A DNA stretch of 64,000 nucleotides. Source: the human T2T-CHM13v2.0 reference genome, Homo sapiens. The first letter of the stretch is position 1. Every line of letters starts with the position of its first letter. The stretch is taken from NCBI RefSeq assembly GCF_009914755.1, contig NC_060930.1; one strand, 5' to 3'. Below are positions 12,766-25,322 of the stretch, one piece after another. The notes beneath the pieces are model-generated. The model was given only the letters and a program-made list of their open reading frames with translations. It was not told the origin of the DNA and did no database searches. A program made the translations under genes and the position numbers.

Positions 12766-15018
12766 CAAAAAACGGGTTAATTATAAGCATAATTGAGATT
12801 TTTTAATAATGGAACGTTTTCAGGAAGAAATCTTTTTGAATAAATGAGGAATATATTCTGAGGGCAGGGAGAGAATGGGAAGGGAAGAGAGGAGAACATT
12901 TACAAAGTATTTCTGGAAGCATAGAAGTTAAATATCAAAGGAAAACACTCTGTCATCTGAAAACATGAGAGGAATTGGAAATATAAGTGTTCTAAATAAC
13001 ATTTTTACTTTTAACAATAAATACAGATTTTTAACACACTTTCATCTTGATTCTGGGAAGCATTTTAGTGCTCAGTAGCATTAAGAAACACTGAAACAGA
13101 TTGACAAATACCTCCAAACATATATAACATGTGTATGTATGTATGCTTTAACATTTCAAAATATAATGTGCTAAGTTTCAAAGCATTTATAATTAATTAA
13201 GCTGTTTTCACAGCCCTTTAGAAGAATATTTTTCCAGGATAGCTGACTGCATAATGCTTTGCATGATTTATTTATAGACTACTAATGAAGACATATCTAA
13301 TCATCATAATTAATTGGTATTTTTGTGCTTTGGGGCCTAATCACAAAATCTTTTACATGCTGGCTCAAAGTAAACCTGGCTATGGGGCAAACATTTAGGA
13401 CAAACCCTGCTTGTTGTTTTTAATATACAGCTCCATTTTATTGATTTGTTTATTCAACATTTCTGACTCTGATTATACAATGCCAGTATAAGTAGCCCAT
13501 TTGGTCAATTTAACTTTTTAGAATACTTTCTTAAACAAACAAAAAGAAACCAGAGGAATCATATTTGGCATAGTAGATAAAAACTTCAGTTTTTTACATT
13601 ATTTATTGTGTTGTGTTACTATCAGATAGTGATACTAAGAATTTTGATTACCTTGAAGTGAAAGCAGAATTATTCTCTTCTAATTTACTTGTTAATTTTC
13701 CTTTTTCTTTTACTCATATGAAAAGTAATTTGAACTCACTGTTACGAGACAAATTAAGATTTTGTTCTGTGTATTTTTTAGAGCTATTGGGAGTTCCTGA
13801 GGAAAACTCTCAGAACACCCACTTTCATGTTTAGATAATGAAATAGTGAGAAATTACACCAAGAGCAAAGGTGAATATCAAATATCTCTTTTATTTTGAA
13901 GAGAGGCCAGTTTAGTATGTGGCTTTTATGCTTTTATTTGTAGCAAGCACTAAAATTACACTGGTGTTTACCCTTTGTCCACAAACAGAAACATAGAAGC
14001 CTGCCCGGGAAGAGCAGGGTAGAACTTATATTCTCTTTGTTCAGCTTCCCAGAGGAATAAGAAGGCCAGAGTGAAGCCAGGTATGTCCAGCTATTCTTTC
14101 TCAAATTTATAAATTTCTTAAATCACTCCACCTACCATGGACAGAATGAGCTAAGAGAGAGGGGACTAGAATTTTACTAATTAAACTCCTCTCAAAGAAG
14201 AGTTTCAGATTAAAGATTTCCATCTATTAAAAAGAAAGAAGGAAAAACAATTATTTTGTATTTTCCAATGGCTATACTCAGTTTAAGTGATCCTTTGAAT
14301 ATTTTAGCATTAAAATATTCTAAACATTTTATCTGATATGTTTAATCCTATCATGAATCCCAAATATCACATCAGTGTTTGCTTCAGGTAAACCAACCTG
14401 TGACAGGTGCCTATTGTTTTATGAATATGAGCATGTTCTTCTTAAAAAGAGATAATAATTCAAACAGATTATAAGACAATGATTGAATATTAATAATGAT
14501 AGTGAGAAATTAGAATATAACATAATGTATTTAGTTTTTATTTGAAACTTATCCATAGTTCTAAACCTTCCTTTGCTTTTTAACTAAAACACCATTTATT
14601 TGATCTCCTGCAAAGGATAGTGAGTTTTCTGGATGGTGACTTCTACTGAAGTTTCTGGAATTGGAATAACTTTCCTAACTAAATTAGTATATTAACTAAT
14701 TTTATTTTTTGTGATTCTTCTGTATCTATGAATTTCATTTAAACTGACTACCTAGTGACCCAACGTAATTTACTTGCTTCTGCAAACATTCTGATTAAAT
14801 CAGTCATTATTAAGCCCTTCTGAGAAGCCATGAAGAAGACAAGAAAAAGTGAATATTCCATCAATAAAAGGGAATCAAAGTGAGAGACAGATAAACATCA
14901 TTAGCATTAATTAGTCTAATAAAATTGTTTAAAAATTTAAGCAATAGAAAAATATGGGGCCCAAAAAGGTTATATTTCTAAGTTAATGAATTTATGAAGA
15001 TGAGAATTGTATAACTGT

Positions 15019-15383
15019 TTATATTAGCTTGGGCTTCTATTAAAAAAATCATAGACTGGTGACTTTAGAGCAGACATTTATTTCTCAAATTTGGAAACTG
15101 GAAAGTCTAAATTCAAGGTGCCACTCAATACAATTTCTGGTAGAAGTCTTCTTTCTGGCTTGTAGACAGCCATCTTCATCCTGTGTCATAATATGTTGGA
15201 GAGAAAGCAATTTTTGCACTTCTTCTTCTTATAACAACAATTCCATCATGAGGGCCCCACCCTCATAACCACATGTAGCCCTAATTAGCTCTCATTGTCT
15301 CCGTCTCCAAATACCATCACATTGTGCATTAGGACTTCAACATATGAGTCGAGTCTTGGGGGGACCCAATTCAGTCCACAGCA
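15019..15383 (-). mobile_element. MLT1A-type MaLR solo LTR
   Basis: CATAGACTGGTGACTT...CATTTATTTCTCA...ATCATGAGGGCCCCACCCTCAT...CTCCAAATACCATCACATTG...ATTCAGTCCACAGCA. Confidence 0.88.
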
Positions 15384-15479
15384 CTAGTCGCAAAAAAAAA
15401 AATATATTTGAAATGAGAGCAGAAAACTTGGCTTTTCAGATTATGGAGAAATACTTGGATTCCAGCAGGTATCACCTTA

Positions 15480-15690
15480 GGAATGCTGAACTTAAGATAA
15501 AGAGACAGGGGGCTGAGTTCCTTTGTGGGGCTGAATGCCTAAAAGGCTTGAGATGGCTTAAAAAATGTCTGTAACTTCACCTTCCTCAGTATTAAGATGG
15601 GGCTACCGAAAGATCTTTCATAGGGTTGTGTGTATTTCTAAATGAGATAAGATATATACTCTATGTGTCGAAACAATAATAGAAAATTAA
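15480..15690 (+). mobile_element. MIR
   Basis: MIR core CTTCCTCAGTATTAAGATGGGG...TCATAGGGTTGTGTG...TAAATGAGATAA. Confidence 0.65.
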
Positions 15691-15732
15691 AGGTAAGATA
15701 TCACAACGTAATTTCTTCATTTCAGATACTGA

Positions 15733-15735
<3 letters not shown>

Positions 15736-15777
<42 letters not shown>
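15736..15777. repeat. (TA)21 microsatellite
   Basis: Uninterrupted TA run. Confidence 0.97.
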
Positions 15778-15780
<3 letters not shown>

Positions 15781-16401
15781 GCACACTACATTTTAAAGGA
15801 ATTATGAGAAAGATGGAGTATTTGAGAAATGAGCAATTTTGAGAAAAGAAGAGCTAGTCTATATGAAAGATGTTTAGGGAACTATATTTTAAGCCTTCCA
15901 CCACTGACTGTCTTATGCAACTTTCCACACTCCTTATTGGATATTGTTCTTCCTGAGGAAGTTTGCTTTCCCTCTTTAAAATAGAGCCTGTGAAATTTTA
16001 AACTGTACTTTTGCATCCAATTGCTTGAACCATTTAAGTAGAGTTGACTGATTTCAGAAGCAGTGCTGTTAAAAATGGTGGGTAATTTGTTAAAAAAGGA
16101 AAACAAAACAGGGAGAAAAAACACAGGGTGAGACTGGGAAGAGAAATACCGGATATTGAGACCCCTGTGATGGCTTTAAAGCGTTGGGTTAATTATTCCT
16201 TCCCGGAAGTTAATGATGAGAGCTATTGGCTCAAACGTGTGAGTGAGTGAGGACAAGGAACACAAATAAACCTAACAGTAATTTATCTTACAAGTGTAAG
16301 AAAATGCTGTCTCCTTAGAATGTGTGTATTTCTTATTAAGGATTGGTAAGTAACCTTTAGAAACTGACTGTGCCAAATTAGCATTAGAAATTGGTAGTGT
16401 G

Positions 16402-16702
16402 GGTCAGGTGGGGTGGCTTACGCCTGTAATCCCAGCACTTTGGTTGGCTGAGGCGGGAGGATTACCTGTGTTTAGGAGTTTGAGACCAGCCTGTCCAACA
16501 TGGTGAAACCCCGTCTCTACTAAAAACTACAAAAATTAGCTGGGCGTGGTGGTGGGTCCCTGTAATCTCAGCTACCTGGGAGACTGAGGCAGGAGAGTCG
16601 CTGGAACCTGGGAGGCGGAGGTTTCAGTGAGCCGAGATCACGCCATTGCACTCCAGCATGGGTGACAGAGTGAAACTCCGTCTTAAAAAAACAAAAAGAA
16701 AA
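16402..16702 (+). mobile_element. AluS (Sx/Sq-like), first of a tandem pair
   Basis: Full-length Alu flanked by AGAAATTG(G/A)TAGTGTG at 16386-16401 and 16703-16718. Confidence 0.95.
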
Positions 16703-16718
16703 AGAAATTGATAGTGTG

Positions 16719-17050
16719 GGCTGGTTATGGTGGCTCAGGCCTGTAATCCTAGCACTTTGGGAGGCTGAAGAAGGCCAGTCACATGAAGTCAGGAGTTCAA
16801 GAGCAGCCTGGCCAACATGCTGAAATTCCGTCTCTACTAAAAATACAAAATAAAATAAAATAAAAAAAAATTAGCTGGGCGTGGTTGCACATACCTGTAA
16901 TCCCAACTACTTGGTAGGCTGAGGTAGGAGAATCACTTGAACCCAGGAGTCAGAGGTTGCAGTGAGTGGAGATCATGCCATTGCACTCCAGCCTGTGTGA
17001 CGAGAGTGAAACTTCGTCTGAAAAAAAAAAAAAAAAAAAAAGAAGAAGAA
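16719..17050 (+). mobile_element. AluS (Sz/Sq-like), second of a tandem pair, expanded middle A-linker
   Basis: Full-length Alu flanked by AGAAATTGATAGTGTG at 16703-16718 and 17051-17066. Confidence 0.95.
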
Positions 17051-18489
17051 AGAAATTGATAGTGTGCTGCAGCACATTCTTGATTAATACTAAAAGCATA
17101 TATTTTCTAAATAAACACTTCCCTTAATTTTTATTAAATATAAGCACAAATTTTCTCCATTTCCACACTGTTTAGTTTACTGTGTTAAACATTTGCCCAC
17201 CATTTTTTTAAAGGATGTAGAATATACAAAAAACTCTTCATAGCTTGAAATGTGCATAGGAGATAGATGAGTTTAGGTACTGCAGGACGAAAAGACTTGA
17301 TGTGTTTTATGCCATGCTTATTTATTCCAACTATAAAAACAGAAATGATCCACAAAGTAGTTTGATGGATAATGACTGAAGTTGTAAAAGTTATTGTGAC
17401 TAATGGTATTTACCCTGTTTGGTTAATTGAAAATCAAGGTGAAATTACCCTCTAGATAGATCTTATATTTTATAACGTTTGTAAAATCATAAAAAGGTTA
17501 TGTCATCCTCAATTCTCAAAAAAATTATATTGTTTTTGAGACTGTCAGAACATATTTTCCAACAGTATTACACAAACGGGCAAACAATCTGATATGATGA
17601 CCTAATCGTTTTTATGTTTGGCCATTACAAGTGTTGGCAGTTCCCTGGCTTCTGTTTGGAAGTAGTGTGTCAGTTGCATCTTATAATATGTTTGCCTTTG
17701 GTGAGGCATCAGAAAACATGTCACATATTGGAGATTTATGTACTATAAAATGTCTCAGGAGCTTAACTTCACCATTAGGGTTACTCTTGTATAAACTTTG
17801 ATAAAAGTAATATCTTTGCTCCCTCCCAAGATAAATGAAAGAATTTAAGCCCACTTCGAGAATTCTAAACTTTTGTGGTCAGTCTTCTTTTGTCCTCCAA
17901 GTTTGTAATTAATAAGGTTTAAACAAAGCTTCAATCTGGTGGATAGTCTGAGCTTTTGACTTAATCGATCAGTTTGAAAATTATTAGCTAATTCCTTTAC
18001 TCTACTTCTACCCCAACCCAGGATTTAGCTGTCTATCTGAGTAACGTATTTGCCTGGTTTTATGTATTAGCATACTCTCAGTTGAAAAAGCAAATCCGAA
18101 TATTCACATTGATAAAGCACTTGCACAATAAAAGGGGCCATAAAAGTATTTATCATGCTTCTGAGATGTATTAGTCAATAAAATGAGTTATTCATTGAAA
18201 TTTAATAGGGTGCAATCTCAGATGGAGTGCAAGCTCCGATTGAAAAATTGAGACATTTTCTTGCTGGAGGGAAGGATACATGCACGTCTAGCACTATGCA
18301 AGTTGTAAGGATGCTGGAAAGCAGGCAACTGGATGGAATCCTGAATCACATCTCACACAGCTGCTGCTGCTTCACTTTCTCTAAGAGCAGGGCTATGCTG
18401 ATTAAGCCATAAGCATTTGCAAAGATTTTTTTATTTTCTTTTATTATTTTCTGGCCATCTGTAAATCAAAGAAGAACAGGAATAGGTGG

Positions 18490-19450
18490 CTTTCTTCCTT
18501 CAGCAACAGATCACCAATCCTCCTCTCTCACATAAAATTTTGCCCTGATCAAACTATTTTCTATTCCTCAATCAAATTCTGCAGTTTCTTTGTTTCTTCT
18601 ACCTAAAGTGATTTTTATCAAATATTCATGTATCAAAAGGCATCAGTAACCATTTTTTCATTTAAACCTTTACTTATCACTTTAATTTAACTTGTTCTTA
18701 TATATTTATAAATTCTTAGAATGCTCTGCCTATATTAATGGAATTTTTCAATGTAACCTTGCTAACTTATTGTAGTCATTTAAAAGATACATCTCTAAAT
18801 TCTTTGATACTCCTCATTGCAAAATACACAGCTTAATTCATCTCCTTTTGAGTGAGGACTAGACTTAGTTATTCTTTTCTATTGAATAGCATATGGCAGA
18901 AGTAATAAGATTTCACTTGCAAGATTAGGTTATAAAAATCTGAGGTTTCCTTCCAGAATTTTATTTCTTTCTTGCTCTTCTCACTCTCTTTTTCTTCCTC
19001 TCTTCCCTGAATTACTCACTCTGGGGAAGCCAATATTGTTGCTGCTCAGGCAACCTTTGGAGAGGCCCACATCGTGAGGAACTGAAACCCACCAATATCA
19101 GTTATCTTGGAAATGAATGATATTCATATTCACTTCTCCCCATTGAACCTTGAGATAATAACTATAGCTCCGGCCAGTATGTGGCTGAAACTTTGTGAGT
19201 GATCCCAAGACAGAACTACCCAGCTAAGACACCTAGATTCCTGATCCTCAGACACTGTGAGATAATAAATGTTTATTGTTTTGTGCTATTGAGTTTGCAG
19301 TAATTGGCTTTGCAGCAATAGACAGCTAATACACTTGTATATCTTTACTTTCTCTTTTACTAGATTATGAACTTTATGAAGAAAAGGATACATACTATTG
19401 ATGTTCTATTTTCAGTCTAGATAATACATGCCTGCAGATGTAAAAAATAT
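18490..19450 (+). mobile_element. L2 3' region split by MLT1F
   Basis: Diverged L2-like sequence on both sides of the LTR; the downstream part TACTAGATTATGAACTTTATGAAGAAAAGGA...ATACATGCCTG matches the L2 3' end. Confidence 0.5.
18771..19333 (+). mobile_element. MLT1F-type MaLR solo LTR
   Basis: TGTAGTCATTTAAAAG...AAATTCTTTGATACTCCTC...GGAGAGGCCCACATCGTGAGGAACTGA...GCAGCAATAGACAGCTAATACA; TSD CTTAT/CTTGT. Confidence 0.88.
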
Positions 19451-19539
19451 AATCTCAAAAGATTAAGCCAACAAAAGTTTATTTGTACTAATATAAAGTC
19501 TAATATGGGTAAGGAGATGTAATAAAAATAAACAAATAC

Positions 19540-20241
19540 ATATATAATTTTTGATGGTAATTAATTATCTGAAAAATATAAAACATCTGTAGTAACTTAA
19601 CAGAGTTACTGAGAAAGGGAAGGTAGAAGGTACATTTGGACAGAGTGGTGAAAAAGTCCCTACTACTAGAAGTTTAGATTGGAGCTGAAACCTGAACATG
19701 ACCAACTGGCTCTGCAAATATTAGGGGAAGAGCATTCTGGACTGAAGAGCAAATGCCCCAGGTAAGGACTTTTTCTAGCTTGCTGACAGGAAACAAAGTC
19801 AGCTGGTGGGCAGGAACCTGTTAAGGGAGTATTTTGTAGGTAATAATGAAGAAGTTGGAATTTATCAAAAAGTTTCATTGGAACTTGCATTTGCTGTAAG
19901 TCAATACTCCAGAGAAGACCATGGTCAGCTGTGAGTTATTATCATCTGACACAACAGCTGGGCCATGAGTGCCCCAGCTGGAAAAGGACCTCAAAGTGGA
20001 TCACCAAGAGCATCTATGACAATCACATTGGCCACTGAATGAGAATTAATGTGGTGGTGGTAGTGTGATCGGGCAAGTGAAGAGTAGGACAACCAATTAG
20101 TAGGCTGCTGTAATACCACAAAAAAGGGGAAATCATTCATTAAACTGGCATTAGATGTAGAAAAGAGGAGTTGATTGATAAAAAAAAGATTTAGGATGTA
20201 TTTTGGAAGAAGAATCATGAGATGAGATATTTGGATTGACA
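19540..20241 (-). mobile_element. L2 (L2a-like) fragment
   Basis: GAGCTGAAACCTGAA...GGGGAAGAGCATTCTGG...TTAGTAGGCTGCTGTAATA...GATGTATTTTGGAAGAAGAATC matches antisense L2. Confidence 0.7.
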
Positions 20242-20310
20242 TCTCCTTCCAGAATACATCCTAAATCTCTTTTCTTTCAACTCTTTTCTACATCCAGCCC
20301 CAGTTTAATG
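20138..20310. repeat. Imperfect inverted repeat (~70-bp arms, 28-nt spacer) derived from L2
   Basis: 20138-20148 pairs with 20300-20310 (11/11), 20154-20167 with 20281-20294 (14/14), and 20187-20213 with 20242-20268 (25/27). Confidence 0.92.
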
Positions 20311-20749
20311 GAAAGTGGATAATGAAACATTATCCCCTTCACCATCTTTTTTTTTTTTTTTTTTTTTTGGTTTGGTCTGTATTACTGGATAGTGCTCTTT
20401 ACAGAAAAAAAATTTAGGGAGATACAAAAAATACCATATCTTCCCAATATCTCTCAAGATAATTCTGTGTTTAGAAAGACACTTCAGTGTTGTATATCAC
20501 TTGAAGAGAACAGGGTAGAAAGGGTTTCAAGGGGAGGAAGGAAAAGTGGAGAAGGGAGCTAGAGGTCAGCAAGGGAAGGAGTAATTAAAAAGACAATAAG
20601 GTAAAGAACAATACAAAAGGAAAGGAAAATGAAATAAAATATGTAAGGCATTAAAGGAAAAAAGAAAACAAAGTCCAAGGGTAATCAGTGTAAACTGGTT
20701 AAAAAAGAAAAGTGAAAATGAAAGCAATGAAAGGAATAGAATTACATGT

Positions 20750-21165
20750 CTCTGAGACCCTTCAGGGGTCTGTAAGGTCCCATTCCATGTCTGTGTGAGA
20801 TCAGAATTTCTTCGTATAGTTCAACCAAATAACATATTGCAACAGACCGAATGTAGAAGTAGGTATGAAAATCTAGCTATTTTCTAATAAGTGAGGCAAT
20901 GCAGAGATTTACAAAAATGAAAAATGATGCTACTCTTATCATTAATATTCTAAACAATATAGTTATTTTAATAAAACACATTATATTGATTTTAACATGT
21001 AATGAGTTTATGTTATGTATAAGAATATTTTAAAACTGAATTCAATATATTTTCTAATAAGGAATATATATATTTATATATCTCCTACAGAAATAAAAGC
21101 TCTTTGGGATCTAGTTTTTAAGGGAAAAAGTGGTTCTATGACCAAAACATTTGAGGATTATTGCT
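20750..21165 (+). mobile_element. hAT-Charlie DNA transposon (Charlie1b-like)
   Basis: GAGACCCTTCAGGGGTCTGTAAGGTC...TCAACCAAATAACATATTGCAACAGACCGAATGTAGAAG...AAAGCTCTTTGGG...GACCAAAACATTTGAG. Confidence 0.8.
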
Positions 21166-21332
21166 GTGAAAGTCACCGAGATTTTGTGGCAAATGTTAAT
21201 TAATATACTCTTCTACCAAGCTCCTCTTCATCTGGAAAAACAATGTGTTATCACCTGGTTATTTAGTAATCATAACTCAGAGATTTTACTCTGAAAAGAA
21301 TAGCCAAAATTGCCAGACAAGATGTAAAATAA

Positions 21333-21955
21333 GTATATGTCATTTAATGACAGGAATATGCTCTGAGAAATGTGTCATTATATGATTTAGTCATTGCAGA
21401 ACATCACAGCATGTACTTACACAAAGTAGATGGTACAACCTAGTACACACCCAGCCTATATGGTGTAGCCTATTGTTCCTAGGCTATAAAACTGTACAGC
21501 ATGTTACTGTACTGAATTTTATGGCCAATTTAACTCAATGGTAAGAAATTGTGTACAATTATGTGCAATTATGTACAGACATTAAAAAGTTACAGTAAAA
21601 ATACAGTATTAAAGTCTTTTAACATATTACACTTGTGTAGGGTACTTACGATGAGTAAAGAAAGCTTGCAGTCCTAGAAGTTACTCTAGTGAGTCATTGA
21701 GTGATTGAGTGGTAAGTGAATGTGAAGGTCCAGGGCATTAATGTACACTTTGTAGACTTTATAAATATTGCAAACTTTGGCTACACTAAATTTATAAAGA
21801 AATTTCTTTCTTCAATTATATATTAATCTTAATGTACTGTAACTTTCTTTCTTTATAAACTTCATAAAATTTTAACTTTTTGACTCTTGTAATAACACTT
21901 AGTTTAAAACCAAAGCACATTGCACAGCTGTACTAAAATATTTTCTTTCTTTCTA
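21333..21955 (-). mobile_element. TcMar-Tigger3 (Tigger3b/MER7-like), partial
   Basis: TTAATGACAGGAATATGCTCTGAGAAATGTGTCATTA...CCTAGGCTATAAAACTGTACAGCATGTTACTGTACTGAA...GTGAATGTGAAGG. Confidence 0.85.
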
Positions 21956-23308
21956 TCCAAAAGAAGGTAGAAGAATTTGGAAGAACCCTTGGAAGTAGAT
22001 GCTGTGATAATTAAATGTAAATATCAATATTAGATATAACAAATTATTTTTAAAAATCAACAAAAACGCCTTCCAATCAGTGTTTAAAAACAGTTACTAT
22101 AAATCTGAAGAAAAATCTTTTCCCATATATCAGGTACTGTAATAAATTTTGGCAAAAAAAATTCTGATGAATGTAAAAGGGAATATTAGTCATGTAGTCA
22201 TTGTCACCATGATCCCTGATAAGTGAAGACATGCAAACCATAAATGTACACATACAGAGACACCAGAATGTCATTAATTTGGATTTGCAAAAGCAGGCAC
22301 CTTCTTATTCTACTGTACTAATGAAAGGGTTAGCTTCTATCTAGTGCAGATGTGTGCTGTGAGTGCACAATTAACTTCTACTAAGATCCATATTCATGGA
22401 TTGTTTTCCGTTTTAAATACTGTTTGTCAGATGATGCTTTTTGTATACAATTTTAAGCCATGAGAACTGATTCTTTTCGGGGGAAAGGGTAAAAATCATT
22501 TAGAAATTAGATTTAGATTTTATTTTTACAAAAATTTCTTAGACATTTTAAAGTTTTAACATATTCAGATAATTTTGATTTACAACTTTTAAGCTTTGGA
22601 CAAAAAAACTCATTAAAGTGGCAAATAAATTATAGGAAGCAAATTCAATTAGACAAATTCAAATAACATAAATAGTTACTCAATGTAAAGTCAGGTACAC
22701 AAATATTTATGACAATATTTAATAAAAATTTACTAGGTATAGATCTTTTAACCTATCTAAGGATAATTTATAGTAAATAATATCTTATTACAATAAAATG
22801 TTTTTAAATATGTTAAATTTCTTCTGGATATCTTCTCTTCTCTATTAGTATGCATAGCTTATTCTTTTTTCCCTCTTTAATTTCAGATCTCATTCTATTT
22901 AAATCATCCTAAATTTTCAGTTATTGAAAAATTGCATTGCAAAGGTTTTACTGAATTGCTGGGGGATATTAGTCCACTTTAACTTTGAAATTAAATTATA
23001 AACTGTTTTGTTACATAATAAAGACAGCTTACAGAATTTGGACAGTGATTAAAGTAATTTTAAAATATGTATTCAGTAGTCATCTCATTAATTTCCAACT
23101 CTGAAGTGTAGCTAAATACCACTGTCCTTCTCTCTCTCTCTCCCCCCACCACCCAGGCGCACACAGACACACGTGTGTGCCAAATATGGAAATGTGAAGA
23201 TAGAGGTTCAGCTAGGTTAGGTAACTTTGCTAAAATCACACAACTAATCTTACTTTGAACTCTGCTTTACAGTGAACAAATTAAATTTTTTATTGCTTTG
23301 AGAAATTG

Positions 23309-23775
<467 letters not shown>

Positions 23776-24029
23776 TTCCAAAAGCTCCTTCTTACCCAGG
23801 TATATTTTTCCCTGTGCTTTTCACAAGGATTAGGGCATATAATGAAAAGTCAGGAGGGGAAAGACACTCATTTGACATGCACTAGTGTGAAGGGAACTAC
23901 TAATTATAGATCTGGCTGCAGAAACTCAACTGGATAGTAAAAACAAATGTTGTCTCTCCCAGCAGTGATCAATTAGGGCTTTGTGACAAAGAAAAGGGAT
24001 ACCATGCTTCTAGAATCTAGATAGACAAC

Positions 24030-24930
<901 letters not shown>

Positions 24931-25045
24931 TTGTAGGCATTGGAGTTGTCTTCTCATTATCCATTTCACTTCTCTCACTTACATATCAGTCATGCAGTTC
25001 GGCTATAATACCTTGTCTCCTGGAGTGAGTCCTGATTAGAAAAAG

Positions 25046-25322
25046 CAAGTGACTTTCAAATGTTTTTAACTTGGCAACCCACAATGATAAATACATGCAA
25101 AAATACATGTTGCATTACAATCTAATGCAGATACACACACATCTATATAACTGAAAAACACTTAGCTTTGCTATGTGCAATTCACTCTATTCTGTTCTAT
25201 TCTATTCTGGTCTACTTTAGTCTACTCCATTCCATTCCATAAGTAAACAAATGCTAGTTACACTTCAACAAATTGTTATAAAAAACCCATCAGTGCGTCA
25301 CCCTAGAAGCTGAAAAACACTG
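25046..25322 (+). mobile_element. hAT-Charlie MITE (MER113/Charlie4-like)
   Basis: AGTGACTTTCAAA...GCAACCCACAATGATAAATACAT...(TTCTA)n...AAATGCTAGT...GAAAAACACTG. Confidence 0.6.

Noticed and set aside
13782-13870. AG...GT-bounded 89-nt candidate exon
   Set aside because: Stop codons in all three frames and a moderate donor (AAG/GTGAAT); no support as coding, and a non-coding exon cannot be shown from sequence alone.
23300-23308. AGAAATTG shared between this Alu TSD and the triplicated TSD at 16.4-17.1 kb
   Set aside because: Short A-rich match explained by L1 endonuclease target preference and chance.
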